This document shows, in pieces, positions 1 to 9,871 of a stretch of 24,000 nucleotides of DNA; the first letter of the stretch is position 1; every line of letters starts with the position of its first letter. The stretch comes from Acaryochloris marina S15 (GTDB taxonomy: Bacteria; Cyanobacteriota; Cyanobacteriia; Thermosynechococcales; Thermosynechococcaceae), in assembly GCF_018336915.1 (NCBI RefSeq), contig NZ_CP064923.1, positions 5,020,495 through 5,044,494 on the forward strand, given 5' to 3'. The position numbers and the translations under genes are program-made. The notes under the pieces were generated by a model. That model saw only the letters and a program-made list of their open reading frames with translations, had not been told where the DNA came from and did no database searches.

Positions 1-1862
1 CCTAAATGGAGAACGCAAAACACCAGATGTTCTGATTCAGACGTGACATTGGAGGTGAGCTGCAGTTGGCCAATAGCTAAGGAAAGGGAGCCTAAGCGCT
101 GAATCTGATAATCAACCTGCTCCGCTTGGTAGGAGAAATAGGGGTGCTGTGGGGGATAGGGATTGAACAGCGAGGTGATGGCATAGTGGGCAGCCACAGC
201 CTGTACGTCAATTTGAGATGGAATCACCAGCTGCTGGTATACACCTGCTCCCGTCTCAAATAGATCAACATTGCTGGGGGCTAAAGCCAAGCGCTTTATG
301 AACTCGGGCTCTAGGCTGATCCCAGCGACATCCGCTGCTAAGTCAACCGCACGAGCTGCATATCGGAGAATTTGCACCCCTTCTGGTCGTGAGAGTTCGG
401 CAAAGAACCAACCACAACTGGTATACATCAGCAGGCTATGGCGCTGCATCTCCAATAACCGCAAGGCATCTACCCGCTCTTCTAGAGAGAGTTCATGATT
501 TTGGTGGGTATTGAGGAAGGCTTGAAGGGGATCAGTCCCTGCAGATGGATCGAGCTGCGCCTGTTGAGGGAACTGTCCCATAATCTCGATATAGCGATTC
601 CGGGTTTCCCAGGGATCTTCAAACAGGAGCGTACCCAGTTCTTGATAGATATCGCTAAGCTGATCCCGTAGCCAATCTAAGGCATCTCTTAAAGGACGGC
701 GCCATTTTTGATGCCAAAGGCTGCCTTCTCCACCACACCCACAGTCATCTTGCCAACGATCGACCCCATGACCACAGCTCCAGGCGGTCACAGGTTTGAG
801 CTGAACTTCCCAAGTGGGAGGATGCAGACTCAAGTAATGGGCATAGTTGGTGACGGTCCATCCCAATTGGGGGAAGGTATCGTGAAACGCATAGGCGATC
901 GCTTTTTCCGTATCGCGTTTGTGGTGCCCAAAGGTTTCACCATCTGTGGCAATAGAAATTAGTTGAGACGGCTTGCGATCAGACCGTACCGCCTGCCCCA
1001 ATCGATTGGCCAAATTCTGAGAACTACTGAGTACCGCATTAAAGCCAATGTCCCGAGAGATAGGGCCATCGTAAAAGAAAATATCGATGTAGCGATCTCG
1101 ATCTCCTGGAAGGTAACAGCGATAGGGGCGCGTCGGGTCAATCTGCCCCCCACCCACTTCTTCCCAGTCAGGCGTATCGTTGGTATCGCTAGCAATACCA
1201 GGTATCGGACGGCAGCGTTGCGCTTGGGAGGGGGCCAAAATAATAAACCGAATCCCTTCCTCAATCAGCACCTCAATGGTGGCCTGGTCGACAGCGGCCT
1301 CTGCCAGCCACATGCCCTCAGGGTCCCGGCCAAACCGGGCTTGAAAATCTGCTTTCCCCCATCGCACTTGGGTCACCTTGTCCTGGTGGTTGGCCAAAGG
1401 CATGATGATGTGGTTATATACCTGTGCGATCCCATTGCCGTGGCCTTGCAGTCGTTCACAGCTCTTGCGATCTGCCTCAATGATGCGCTGGTAAACCTCT
1501 GTATCGTAGGTTTCCAACCAGCTCATCAAAGTGGGACCAATATTGAAGCTGAGATATTCAAAATTATTGACGATGTTGACGACTTCGCCTTGGTCGTTAA
1601 AAATGCGAGCAAACGCATTGGGGCGATAGCACTCGTGATAAATGCGCTCATTCCAGTCATGGAAAGGCGCAGCACTCGATTGCCGTTCGATAGTGCCTAA
1701 ATAAGGATTCTCTCGAGGAGGCTGATAAAAATGACCATGTAAGGTCACATAAACGCCCTCAGCTTTCTCTAATGGATTAGCTTGAGATCGTAACGGAGTA
1801 GGGACATCAAAGGTCGCCTTTTCCTGTCCCGTATTCTCAGGAATATAAGAAGTTGTATTCAT
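1..1862 (-). CDS. Glycoside hydrolase family 57 / DUF3536-type protein, partial (C-terminus beyond left edge)
   Basis: Continuous minus-strand reading from ATG at 1862: MNTTSYIPENTGQEKATFDVPTPLRSQANPLEKAEGVYVTLHGHFYQPPRENPYLGTIERQSSAAPFHDWNERIYHECYRPNAFARIFN...GMWLAEAAVDQATIEVL...ISIATDGETFGHHKRDTEKAIAYAF. These are GH57-like motifs (HGHFYQPPRENP; DGETFGHHK). Not in the supplied ORF track because no stop lies inside the window. Confidence 0.88.
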   Translation of the reverse strand, partial: MNTTSYIPENTGQEKATFDVPTPLRSQANPLEKAEGVYVTLHGHFYQPPRENPYLGTIERQSSAAPFHDWNERIYHECYRPNAFARIFNDQGEVVNIVNNFEYLSFNIGPTLMSWLETYDTEVYQRIIEADRKSCERLQGHGNGIAQVYNHIIMPLANHQDKVTQVRWGKADFQARFGRDPEGMWLAEAAVDQATIEVLIEEGIRFIILAPSQAQRCRPIPGIASDTNDTPDWEEVGGGQIDPTRPYRCYLPGDRDRYIDIFFYDGPISRDIGFNAVLSSSQNLANRLGQAVRSDRKPSQLISIATDGETFGHHKRDTEKAIAYAFHDTFPQLGWTVTNYAHYLSLHPPTWEVQLKPVTAWSCGHGVDRWQDDCGCGGEGSLWHQKWRRPLRDALDWLRDQLSDIYQELGTLLFEDPWETRNRYIEIMGQFPQQAQLDPSAGTDPLQAFLNTHQNHELSLEERVDALRLLEMQRHSLLMYTSCGWFFAELSRPEGVQILRYAARAVDLAADVAGISLEPEFIKRLALAPSNVDLFETGAGVYQQLVIPSQIDVQAVAAHYAITSLFNPYPPQHPYFSYQAEQVDYQIQRLGSLSLAIGQLQLTSNVTSESEHLVFCVLHL

Positions 1863-2292
1863 ATCAAAAAAACCGCCGTGGATGAAGAGATTTAGCGTTG
1901 ATGCGGAATGATTAAGCGCTCGCTTGAAGCTGGATTCCAAACCTGAACATCCAGATCAGTTTGAATAGTGAGGATGCAGCGAAGCCAAAAGAAAAATAAT
2001 GGATGGGTCCTTTATGTAGTGAAGCCGGACGTAGTATTGATTAGATTCTATGGAGGCAAAGAAACTGCTAACCTGTCTGTGGCTATAACCTAGGCGATCC
2101 CATTTGGGAATAGGGGAATTTGCAAGATATCTTAAGAGTTTATTCGGGCATTATGGGTAAAGTCTTTATATTTACTATGGGATCAGCTCGATTCCCACCA
2201 AAATGCTCCTGATGACCTCAAACCAATCACCGGGAAACCCAATTTTTCCAAATTGATTTTGATGTACTTGTAAACCCAAATCATCTGCAATT

Positions 2293-3381
2293 GTGACTCT
2301 CAAAAATCGAATTTTTATTGTCTTACTGCTGTTTATCCCTGTCTCCATTGCAGCAGACCTTTTAGAGTGGGGACCGCTCCCGCTGTTTGCGACTTCAGCG
2401 CTAGCCATTGTGCCTTTAGCAGCATGGATGGGAGCAGCGACGGAAGAAATTGCTGTAGTTATTGGTCCTTCAGCAGGTGGCCTGCTTAATGCAACCTTTG
2501 GCAATGCAACTGAACTGATCATTGCTTTTATTGCACTGCAGGCCGGATTGGTTGATGTGGTCAAAGCCAGTATTACCGGTTCTATTCTGGGCAACTTGCT
2601 ATTGGTGATGGGACTGTCCATGTTGCTGGGTGGACTCCGCTACAAAGAACAGACCTTTCAGCCCGTTGTTGCTCGTGTCAATGCATCATCAATGAACTTA
2701 GCCGTCATTGCGATTCTGTTGCCAACGGCCATTAAGTTCTCGGCAGAAGGCATCGAGAGTCAGGTTCTTCAGAATCTTTCCATTGCCGTCGCCATCGTGC
2801 TGATTGGTGTCTATGGCTTAACCCTCCTGTTCTCCATGAAAACCCACACCTACTTGTTTGATGTCGGGGTTGCGGGAATGGAGTCAGAAGAAGAAGAGAC
2901 CCATGAAGAAGGTTCTAGTAACCTACGACTATGGATTGGTGTGTTGCTAGCAGCCACCCTAGCGGTTGCCGTTGAATCCGAATTTTTAGTAGGTAGCTTA
3001 GAAGCGGCCACCGAGCAACTGGGATTGACCCCCCTATTCACCGGGGTGATTTTACTGCCCATTATTGGCAACGCCGCTGAGCATGCCACCGCCGTCACCG
3101 TGGCCATGAAAGACAAGATGGATTTGTCTGTGTCCGTCGCCGTCGGCTCCAGTATGCAAATTGCTCTATTTGTGGCACCTGCTTTAGTTTTAGCGGGCTG
3201 GGTGATTGGTCAACCCATGGACTTGGACTTTAATCCTTTTGAATTAGTCGCGGTTGCCGTATCGGTATTGATTGCCAATTCCATTAGCTCAGACGGTCAG
3301 TCCAACTGGTTGGAAGGAACATTGCTCCTAGCCACCTATGCGGTGTTAGGATTAGCCTTTTATTTTCATCCCATAACCTGA
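2293..3381 (+). CDS. cax: Calcium/proton exchanger (CaCA/CAX family)
   Basis: 362 aa, GTG start, multiple TM segments, duplicated acidic motifs GGLLNATFGNATELIIAFIAL and IIGNAAEHATAVTVAMKDKMDLSVSVAVGSSMQIALF typical of Ca2+/H+ antiporters; acidic loop ESEEEETHEE. Confidence 0.92.
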   Translation: MTLKNRIFIVLLLFIPVSIAADLLEWGPLPLFATSALAIVPLAAWMGAATEEIAVVIGPSAGGLLNATFGNATELIIAFIALQAGLVDVVKASITGSILGNLLLVMGLSMLLGGLRYKEQTFQPVVARVNASSMNLAVIAILLPTAIKFSAEGIESQVLQNLSIAVAIVLIGVYGLTLLFSMKTHTYLFDVGVAGMESEEEETHEEGSSNLRLWIGVLLAATLAVAVESEFLVGSLEAATEQLGLTPLFTGVILLPIIGNAAEHATAVTVAMKDKMDLSVSVAVGSSMQIALFVAPALVLAGWVIGQPMDLDFNPFELVAVAVSVLIANSISSDGQSNWLEGTLLLATYAVLGLAFYFHPIT

Positions 3382-3388
3382 TCATCCC

Positions 3389-5776
3389 TTAAGAATCTGG
3401 CGTCACCACATACTCAGACTCAATCGGTTCTAGCCGCCCTGATTGCACCAGCGCTTGGTAAATCATGGCGGCGACTTCTGCCCGAGTCGCATTGGTCTCT
3501 GGTGTGAGGAGCCCTGGATCAGGATGACTAACCACAATGCTTTCTTGGGTTGAGGCCGCAATTTTGCCTTTTGACCAATCAGGGAGTTGGCCCTGATCTT
3601 GAAAACGCTGCAGGCTAGAGTCTGGAGATGTGGGAATCTCTAGTTCTAGGCCACTCACTAAAGCGACTAGCACCTCATAACGAGGCACAAGCTTATCCGG
3701 TTGGAAATCTCCTTCCGGATATCCGCTCATAAATTTCTTATCCACCGCTCCTTCAATGGCGTCTGCAGCCCAATAATCCGTCGCGATATCAGAGAAAGTC
3801 AAAGAGCGCTGCCCAGGTTCATCAACAAAAGCCCGTTGAATTTGGGCCGCTAATTCTGCCCGAGTTACCGGCTTGTCCGGCTGAAACTTGCCATCAGGGT
3901 AATCCGGAATAATCCCTTGAGCATGGAGCTTCGCAATAAAAGGATAGGCCCAATGATCCTCAGGAACATCAGAAATATCAAGCTGTGAGGGAATCACCTC
4001 AGGCGCACCAATACCGCCGATTGCCTCTGTAGGACTAGGAACGACTGCTGTTTGATTGGTGGGCGGCTGTCCAGGCGTATTCGCACCGGCAGGAGCATCC
4101 TCGCTAGCAGTAGGAGCACTGGCAATAGGCGAGTTGCCTGGGCTATTGCCAGATTGATTAGGGTTCAGAGGCGAAGAAGATACCAATGGATCAGAAGTCG
4201 GTGTTTGAGAAGGTTCCTGCTGATTGCCAGTCACTCCAAAATAAGTAATGGTGCCTAAAGTTGACATGGCGACCAATAAACCAACGGCCTGAACGCGGTT
4301 AAGGGGTAACTTATCGCTTAACGCGCCTAAATCACCTGCATTTGCTCCAGAAGAAGAACGGGTTGAAGAGGCTGCGCCTACAGCCACAGGAGCTGGTGCT
4401 GGCACAGGAGCTGGTGCTGGTGCAGAGGCAACCTCAGGTTCACCATCACTTTCTAAGGCGGGTATGGACTCAAGTCCATCCGCTTCAGGCATGGCAACAC
4501 TATCGCCTGTTACCCCTCCTAACGGAGGTATGACAGCAGGGATATCAGCTGCGGAGCTATCTGGTTCAACAGGATCACTGGGATCAGAGTCTGCTTCACT
4601 CGTAGGAACTTCTGCCATATCAGAACTGATAAACCCTGCACTGGGCGCTAAAGGCGTTGCCTCACTGTCTAGGGGAGTTCCTGGATCGATGGAGAATGAT
4701 GAATCCGCTACAGGTAAGTCATCACTCGTAGGAGAATCTTCACCCACTGTTAAGGGTTGATCTTCTGGCGTTGATAGTTCTTCTATCCCAGGTTCCACCA
4801 CTGGTATTTCAGCACCAGCAGACACATCGACCGCAAAATCAGCCACGGGAGGACTATCGGATCCTGAGAAATCTGTCGTTTCTGGGGTCGAAATTTCTGG
4901 TATCACCTCTTCAGGGTGAGCAGGCTCGACTTCATCCGTCCAAGGATCAGGCAGTGGACTCTCGTCTGGCGTGGAATCTAGAGATATGAGCTCTTCAACA
5001 GGCTCACTGATGGTTGGAACGTCAGGTGGCTGAATTAGGGTTGGTTCTCCAATCTCTGCGCTCAGTGGGGTAATAGGCTGTTGTGGTTCAGCAGCTTGTT
5101 CAGCCCAAGGATCAGAAAGGGTATCTGCTGCACTGGTCGATGCTGCGATGTCTGGGAGACTGGGGTCTGATGGCTCACCGACTTCAGGATTTAAATCGAC
5201 AGGCAGCTCACCTGAAGAAGTGGCAAAAGGATCAGACAAAATATCGGCTGACTCTGCTGATGCTGCGGCAGCTATATCGGGCAGATCGGGGTCTGGTAGA
5301 TCACTGACCTCAGGGGTGAGATCTCCAGGCCTGTCCAAGTCACCCAGGATAGGAGAGCTAAAGTCTGATGGCGTCTCTGACCAGGCATCAAGAGGCTGAG
5401 TTCCTTCATCCTCTCCAACTAGTGGCAGTTCAGGCGAATCAGCCGATTCCAAACTATCGCCAATGGCACTCAGCTCTTCTAAGGGTGGCGTTTCTACATC
5501 TGGCCCCATCTGAATCATTGTCGTATCGCCGAGAATGGATCCCAGCTCTTCCGGGGCAGACGGGGGTTCAGTGGGTGCCTCAGACCAGGAGTCTAAATCC
5601 GGTAGAGAGGCAGGCTCATCGGTGGCAGGGGTATCTCCTAACAGTTCTGACAACGAGTCAAATAACTCGTCAGAAATAGGGCCTGAATCGGCACTCTGAG
5701 CACTACTAGGATCCGAGCCTGGTTCTGAAGAAGGGATTCCACCTGATTCAGAGTTCGGATCGTTAGGATTAACCAT
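3389..5776 (-). CDS. S-layer homology (SLH) domain protein with long acidic, Pro/Ser-rich N-terminal region and one central TM helix
   Basis: 795 aa. C-terminal SLH repeats (DVPEDHWAYPFIAKLHAQGIIPDYPDGKFQPDKPVTRAELAAQIQRAF; FSDIATDYWAADAIEGAVDKKFMSGYPEGDFQPDKLVPRYEVLVALV; third, more divergent). Single hydrophobic stretch VQAVGLLVAMSTLGTITYFGV follows about 480 aa of low-complexity D/E/P/S sequence. Confidence 0.85.
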   Translation of the reverse strand: MVNPNDPNSESGGIPSSEPGSDPSSAQSADSGPISDELFDSLSELLGDTPATDEPASLPDLDSWSEAPTEPPSAPEELGSILGDTTMIQMGPDVETPPLEELSAIGDSLESADSPELPLVGEDEGTQPLDAWSETPSDFSSPILGDLDRPGDLTPEVSDLPDPDLPDIAAAASAESADILSDPFATSSGELPVDLNPEVGEPSDPSLPDIAASTSAADTLSDPWAEQAAEPQQPITPLSAEIGEPTLIQPPDVPTISEPVEELISLDSTPDESPLPDPWTDEVEPAHPEEVIPEISTPETTDFSGSDSPPVADFAVDVSAGAEIPVVEPGIEELSTPEDQPLTVGEDSPTSDDLPVADSSFSIDPGTPLDSEATPLAPSAGFISSDMAEVPTSEADSDPSDPVEPDSSAADIPAVIPPLGGVTGDSVAMPEADGLESIPALESDGEPEVASAPAPAPVPAPAPVAVGAASSTRSSSGANAGDLGALSDKLPLNRVQAVGLLVAMSTLGTITYFGVTGNQQEPSQTPTSDPLVSSSPLNPNQSGNSPGNSPIASAPTASEDAPAGANTPGQPPTNQTAVVPSPTEAIGGIGAPEVIPSQLDISDVPEDHWAYPFIAKLHAQGIIPDYPDGKFQPDKPVTRAELAAQIQRAFVDEPGQRSLTFSDIATDYWAADAIEGAVDKKFMSGYPEGDFQPDKLVPRYEVLVALVSGLELEIPTSPDSSLQRFQDQGQLPDWSKGKIAASTQESIVVSHPDPGLLTPETNATRAEVAAMIYQALVQSGRLEPIESEYVVTPDS

Positions 5777-6021
5777 AATATTGAGCCGTTTTTAGGGTTT
5801 AATCTTTGGCAACCATCCTACAGGGGGACTGAAGATGCGATCGCACCTTCGCACATTCTTTTTAGAATTCATGGACACAAATTGTCAGTTTGTAAAGTCA
5901 TTTGTGAACATTAAAAACGAACGTTAGATTAGGTAATTTGCCCATTACTCTTGACGATTCAGCTCAGTCACTCATTTAATAATCATCATTGCGAGAATAA
6001 TCCTTAAGGATTGACCGAAGT

Positions 6022-7431
6022 ATGCGTTTGTTTCTGCCCCTCAAAGTACAGCTTCATCTTTTAGTCTTACCCCTCTTTTTATCGGTGCTGAGTAGCTGTG
6101 CTGAACGCGAAACGCAGACTCAAACGTCCGCTCCACCTTCACAATCCACGACCGAAAAAACGAAACCTGCCCTATCGAATCAGGACGCAGCCAGTTGGTC
6201 AGTCATCCTGACCGATCCAGAAGCTCCGCCTCAAACGTCTTCTCCTGCACCTCTTGGCGCACCGGATGCACCTCCTCAGACTCCGGCATCCCCGAAGCCT
6301 AGGGGCGCAGATAAGCCTCCAAAACCGAATCCCAAAAATCAGGCAACCCCTAAACCCAAGGCTCCAAAGCAGAAAGTTGCGTTTTCTCGCACTCCCTATG
6401 CGGTTATTGATGAGGCCAAAAAGGATCAATTCAATGTCACAGGGGAGCAAATTTTTAGCAACAGCTATCTCCCCAACCATCAGGTTGATTTCAACGAAGC
6501 CGATTTATTAGCGGTCCTGATCAATGTCAAAACTTACTTTGAATCCCATAGTCAAAATGACTCAACGGCATTGCGGGAAGGGATTTTAGGAACGGGTGGC
6601 GTCACGATTCAGGATATCCAAGACACTTTGGCCTTTATGATCACTACCCTGGAACAAGATATTGCCCTCCAGCGCCCGTCTCGCTTAAAAGATCCTAATT
6701 TCATCAACACCCATTTCCAGGTGGTGAAATGGCAACCCTATAACCCGCAACAACCCGACCAAAATCAGTTGCGAATTACCAAGTATGCCGTTTTTGCCCA
6801 TCAAGGCTCGCGAACGAAAACCGCAGAATTTAATACTCCTCTTTACCAACTCAAACCAGAGTATGCGGTGGATAAATTCTTCCAAAACTATTCGAAGCAG
6901 GAAGTTCTCACAGGTATCTATGAAACTGGAGGCAAGGAACAAGGGAAAGTCGCTCCTCTGGCATACCTGACTCGGCAAGGGTTGGAAGATGCTTTATTAC
7001 AGGGCACGATTTTGATCCGGTTTGGTGATGGCTCTTCAGCCTACTTCAATGTGGATCGAAACAATGGGATTGCCTATGTGCGCGGACAGCCCCAACGAGA
7101 GCAAAAACGCTACTGGTACTTCAAACAAGTGGATGCCATTAAGGGATATGGCCCCAAGACTGCCAAAATCGCGGTGCGTCCCGGTGTAACGTTTGCCGGA
7201 GATGTCCTTAATATTGGCCTAGGCAAAATCATCATGCTAGAGCATGATACCGGGGGAACAAAGCAGCTCAATATGGGGGTTCTTGCGGATACGGGTGGGG
7301 CATTTTTGCCTAATTTATATCAGCTTGATTTTCTAGCGGGGGTCTTTCCCAGCCATGATCAGTTCAAGCAGCATATCAGCACCCTACCGGCCTATGCGAA
7401 TGCTTACATCTTGATCAAGAAGAAGAGTTAG
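6022..7431 (+). CDS. Putative lipoprotein with MltA/3D-like (lytic murein transglycosylase A-type) C-terminal domain
   Basis: Signal peptide with lipobox-like LSVLSSC, Pro/Lys-rich linker, then VLTGIYETGG...PLAYLTRQGLEDALLQGTILIRFGDGSSAYFNVDRNNGIAY and LADTGGAFLPNLYQLDFLAG, resembling the MltA TGYYE...LSR...NG.Y and 3D DTGGA...D.F.G motifs. Confidence 0.65.
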   Translation: MRLFLPLKVQLHLLVLPLFLSVLSSCAERETQTQTSAPPSQSTTEKTKPALSNQDAASWSVILTDPEAPPQTSSPAPLGAPDAPPQTPASPKPRGADKPPKPNPKNQATPKPKAPKQKVAFSRTPYAVIDEAKKDQFNVTGEQIFSNSYLPNHQVDFNEADLLAVLINVKTYFESHSQNDSTALREGILGTGGVTIQDIQDTLAFMITTLEQDIALQRPSRLKDPNFINTHFQVVKWQPYNPQQPDQNQLRITKYAVFAHQGSRTKTAEFNTPLYQLKPEYAVDKFFQNYSKQEVLTGIYETGGKEQGKVAPLAYLTRQGLEDALLQGTILIRFGDGSSAYFNVDRNNGIAYVRGQPQREQKRYWYFKQVDAIKGYGPKTAKIAVRPGVTFAGDVLNIGLGKIIMLEHDTGGTKQLNMGVLADTGGAFLPNLYQLDFLAGVFPSHDQFKQHISTLPAYANAYILIKKKS

Positions 7432-7435
7432 CCTG

Positions 7436-9637
7436 CTAGTTTTTCTCAGTCGCACCTAATGCTTGCAGCTTTTTTTGCACCTTGTTGTAATCCTCTGTTT
7501 GGTCTTGAGCCAGATAGAGGGATGCTGCTTTCTGATAATCGGCGATCGCACCTTTAATATCCTTAAGCTCAACCTTGGCCAGACCTCGATTGTCATAGAG
7601 AAGGCCCACTCGGGGAGCCAGTTGAATACCCTGGTTGTAGTCTGAGATCGCACCCATGTATTCTTTGAGTCTGTACTTCGACCAGCCCCGATTATTGTAG
7701 GCCTCTGCATAATTGGGATCAAACCCCAGGGCGGCTGTGAAATCGAAGATGGCACCTTGATAATCTTGCAGATCATCTTTCGCATTGCCGCGATTGTAAT
7801 GGGCTTGGACATACTTTGGATTAAGACGGATGGCTTCGGTATAGTCTAGAATCGCGCCTTTGTAGTCTTGTTTTAGATCGGCCTTGGCGGCACCTCGGCT
7901 GTTATAAGCACTTGCATACTCAGGATTGATTGCAAGGGCTTGATTAAAGTCACGAACCGCACTGCCATAATTTCCGAGACGATACTTGGCCACGCCACGG
8001 TTATCGTAGGCTCTCACATATTTAGGCTTGAGCTTTAGAGCTTGATCGTAATCTGCGATCGCACCTTCGTAATCGGCTTGATTCGATTTTGTCCAACCCC
8101 GGTCATGATAGGCTACTTCGTCCTTGGGATTGAGCTTTAAGGCCTGATCGTAATCTGCGATCGCACCGTCATAATCTTTCAGATCGTCTTTGGTATAGCC
8201 TCGATTGTAGTAACCCGCTGCATCTTTGGGGTTGAGACGAATGGCTTCGCTAAAGTCTGCGATCGCACCGTCATAATCTTGCTGTTTGTATTTGGCCCAG
8301 CCTCGATCGTTGACTATTTTCTCTTCCTTGGGTGCTACGTTGTATACCTTCTGATCTTTGGGCGCTAGGCGAAGCGCTTCGGTATAGTCTGCAACTGCAC
8401 CCTGGTAATCTTCCAGCTCAGCTTTAGCTAAACCTCGGTTGTGATAAGTCTCCGAATTGCTACCGTCTTCTTGGGTATAGTCGCCCCTATCTTTATGGGT
8501 ATAGACTTCTGAATTATTTGGATTGAGGCGAAGGCTCTCTGTATAGTCTGAGATCGCCCCACTAAAGTCTTGTTGAGTCTTTTTGACATTCCCCCGGCGA
8601 AAGTACGCCAGGGATAGCTTCGGATCTAAACGGATCGCTTGATCAAAATCTGCAATGGCACCAGAGTAGTCTTCTAAACCAGCCTTAGCCAATCCTCTGT
8701 TGTTATAGGCGACCGCATCATGAGATTTCAGTTGAATGGCCTGAGTTAAATCTGCGATGGCCCCCGGAAAGTCTTTTTGGATAGACTTTACATATCCTCG
8801 GTTGCCATAGGCATCACCATACTTGGGATCGAGTTGAATCGCTTTGGTATTGTCCGCAATTGCGTCCCCGTAATCTTTCAACAAAGCTTTGCTTCTGGCT
8901 CGGTTGTAGTAAGCAAGAGCATTTTGGGGATTCAAGCGAATCATTTCAGTGAAGTCGGGAATCGCTTTCTGATATTGTTTGAGTTTATTCAGCGTATAGC
9001 CACGGAGATTGTAAGCGTCTGCATAGTTAGGATTGAGCTTAATCGCTTCCGTAAGATCTTCGATGGCTCCCTTGTAGTCTCTCAAATCATCCTTGGCATA
9101 GCCACGACTGTAGTAGTTTTCAGCTTCTTTTGGATTAAGTTGAATCGCCTGGGTAAAGTCTGAGATCGCACCCTGAAAATCCTTTTGCCTGTATCTAGCC
9201 CATCCTCGGTTGTAGTAGGCCCACTCAAATTTTGGGTCGAGTTGGATAGCTTGATTAAAATCTGCGATCGCATCTCCGTATTGCTGTAATTCAGACTTTG
9301 CCCAACCACGACTGTTATAGGCTTTTGTATCTTTAGGGGTGAGCAGAATCGTTTGGGAGTAATCTGCAATCGCCCCCTTATACTTCTTTAACTCAACCTT
9401 GGCCTTACCGCGCCGATAGTAAGCCTGGGCATGTTTGGGATCTAGGCGAATCGCTTGTGTGTAGTTTGCGATCGCCTTTTTGTATTCTTTTTTCTTCTGC
9501 TTCGCTTCCCCCTGCTGGAAATAGACGTCCGCATTCTGACTCTGAGCAATCGTAGTAGGCACGGTCTGGGCCGATACAGGCTCAACAGCAGGTGTTGCAA
9601 CCAATATCCCCAAACTTAAAAGCAGAGAATTATTCAT
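7436..9637 (-). CDS. TPR-repeat protein, exported (19 tandem 34-aa TPR units by eye)
   Basis: ORF track 7436..9652; likely start is the internal Met (MNNSLLLSLGILVATPAVEPVSA, signal peptide-like) at about 9637. Tandem units of the form YxNRGxAKxxLxDYxGAIADYxxAIxLxP. Confidence 0.9.
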   Translation of the reverse strand: MNNSLLLSLGILVATPAVEPVSAQTVPTTIAQSQNADVYFQQGEAKQKKKEYKKAIANYTQAIRLDPKHAQAYYRRGKAKVELKKYKGAIADYSQTILLTPKDTKAYNSRGWAKSELQQYGDAIADFNQAIQLDPKFEWAYYNRGWARYRQKDFQGAISDFTQAIQLNPKEAENYYSRGYAKDDLRDYKGAIEDLTEAIKLNPNYADAYNLRGYTLNKLKQYQKAIPDFTEMIRLNPQNALAYYNRARSKALLKDYGDAIADNTKAIQLDPKYGDAYGNRGYVKSIQKDFPGAIADLTQAIQLKSHDAVAYNNRGLAKAGLEDYSGAIADFDQAIRLDPKLSLAYFRRGNVKKTQQDFSGAISDYTESLRLNPNNSEVYTHKDRGDYTQEDGSNSETYHNRGLAKAELEDYQGAVADYTEALRLAPKDQKVYNVAPKEEKIVNDRGWAKYKQQDYDGAIADFSEAIRLNPKDAAGYYNRGYTKDDLKDYDGAIADYDQALKLNPKDEVAYHDRGWTKSNQADYEGAIADYDQALKLKPKYVRAYDNRGVAKYRLGNYGSAVRDFNQALAINPEYASAYNSRGAAKADLKQDYKGAILDYTEAIRLNPKYVQAHYNRGNAKDDLQDYQGAIFDFTAALGFDPNYAEAYNNRGWSKYRLKEYMGAISDYNQGIQLAPRVGLLYDNRGLAKVELKDIKGAIADYQKAASLYLAQDQTEDYNKVQKKLQALGATEKN
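7600..9580 (-). repeat. Tandem about 102-bp coding repeat (TPR units), interrupted near 8320-8500 by irregular insertions
   Basis: 34-aa periodicity throughout. Two units carry extra sequence: THKDRGDYTQEDGSNSETYHNRG and VYNVAPKEEKIVNDRG. Confidence 0.8.
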
Positions 9638-9871
9638 AGACCCCCAAACCAAAAATTTTTTATTTTATCGATGAATATATCTTAAACTCTTTCCCAGCTT
9701 CGCATCCCCGTACAGTTCGCATACTAAGAAATCACCGTCAGACATTTCGCTCTAAAAAGTGATGGTGTTCTATCGAAAGTTTTCCCCACATTGCCAAACA
9801 TACTCACTGAACAGCAGTGAGAATTCAGCACATTCTTCGAGAAATATACAGTTCCATCTAAAAAAGGAGGA

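Noticed and set aside
963-1700. 245-aa plus-strand ORF from the track
   Set aside because: Antisense shadow of the GH57/DUF3536 reading frame, which has clear family motifs on the minus strand; the plus-strand product has no recognisable domain.
4052-5679. Plus-strand ORFs of 63-103 aa opposite the SLH gene
   Set aside because: Shadow ORFs opposite a low-complexity acidic region; no independent support.
7456-9163. Plus-strand ORFs of 60-128 aa inside the TPR gene
   Set aside because: They are antisense to the repetitive TPR array and arise from its periodic codon content.
7436-9637. Regularly spaced repeats considered as a CRISPR-like array
   Set aside because: Period is 102 bp in frame and encodes TPR units; no conserved repeat with unique spacers and no cas genes.
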